Notes under the pieces: model-generated
Database searches by the model: none
What the model was told of the DNA's origin: nothing
The model's input: the letters and a program-made list of their open reading frames with translations, nothing else
Origin: Halocafeteria seosinensis
Lineage: Eukaryota
Assembly: GCA_001687465.1 (NCBI GenBank)
Contig: LVLI01000027.1
Coordinates: 1-63,681 of the forward strand
DNA length: 63,681 nucleotides
Direction of reading: 5' to 3'
Translations under genes and position numbers: made by a program
In this document: positions 62,909 through 63,681 of the stretch, one piece after another
Layout of the letters: each line of letters begins with the position of its first letter
Numbering within the stretch: position 1 is the first letter of the stretch

Positions 62909-63681
62909 AAGATTGATTGTGATGTTGTGTTAGTAAGTACACCGTCTTGCTAATAAACATAAATGGATGGATGTGACAGATTCCCGGGGGTCTCATTCCC
63001 TCTCATCACATGCCAATTAAGAGGTAGTTATATAAGCATGAATACGTTTGATAGATAGTCAACCACCCAGAAAGACCTCTTACACTTAACCGGTATGTTA
63101 AGCACCATAGTAGATAGTATACTACCAATGGTACAACTTGATACACACGTGTCACGCGACCTCAAGATGCGAATCAGTCGGAATATCCATATCAACTACA
63201 GTAAAACCTAGCGGATTGGAAGCGCATCCAAGTTTTTTGCTTTTTTATTGTTGCTGTCGATGGATGCGTATGGGAAGGGAAGTAGGTATACACTGTGGCT
63301 CCGGCGGAAAATTGAATCTCCGATCTTGAAAATTATGGTCCATGCAACGAACGACAAATATAGGAGCTGTAGCTGCTGCAAGATAATATGTCCCATTACG
63401 GACTGTAATAGCGTATGTTTATAATGTCCGATACGCAAGTACTCGTGCAATGTTCCATATTGGGCTCATGTGACGTGGCCTGAGTGACTGTCACTATCGG
63501 GGAAGAGCAAGAAAGAGTTATCGCAAGAATGATCTAGCGAAAGCGCAGATGCACGAGACGGAACATAGATATATCGTATAGGATACACCTGAATCAAATT
63601 TTGCAATAATACGTTCATTCAGAAGCGTCGCTGGGCTATCGAGCAATGAGTGGACGTTCAACAGACACGGTGGTCGGAAAA

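Noticed and set aside
1..63681. Stop-codon reassignment or U12/non-canonical introns
   Set aside because: Conserved genes end at TAA, TAG or TGA at expected positions, and the breaks I traced resolve with GT-AG introns.

Overview
Eukaryotic nuclear DNA from a compact, intron-rich protist. It uses the standard genetic code, and the introns I traced are GT-AG, mostly about 50-100 nt. A stramenopile origin is plausible but is an inference. A dense housekeeping block at 35.6-57.3 kb holds eIF5, KIN17, cyclin T/K, CCT6, COPB2, a COX5c/6C-like gene, GMPR, kinesin-1, an EBP-like gene and a divergent ER Hsp70. CIR1 and PPOX lie at 13.6-17.6 kb. The accessory stretches contain a 174-bp Ser/Thr-coding repeat, decayed MULE-like and Crinkler-like remnants, a secreted GH65, an ankyrin protein and a GLUG-repeat mucin-like protein. 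They also contain a roughly 4,060-aa GCC/cadherin/IPT-TIG/9-TM giant surface protein, a structured 128-bp dispersed repeat, and three tandem paralogs of an unrecognised Cys-rich membrane protein family. These paralogs share a conserved 7-nt microexon, and two of them end in a PPxY tail. The strongest leads are the giant receptor, the three-gene family, two strongly base-paired first introns of 208-209 nt, and the lidless pseudo-catalytic BiP-like protein. All calls come from reading the sequence by eye; no searches were run.
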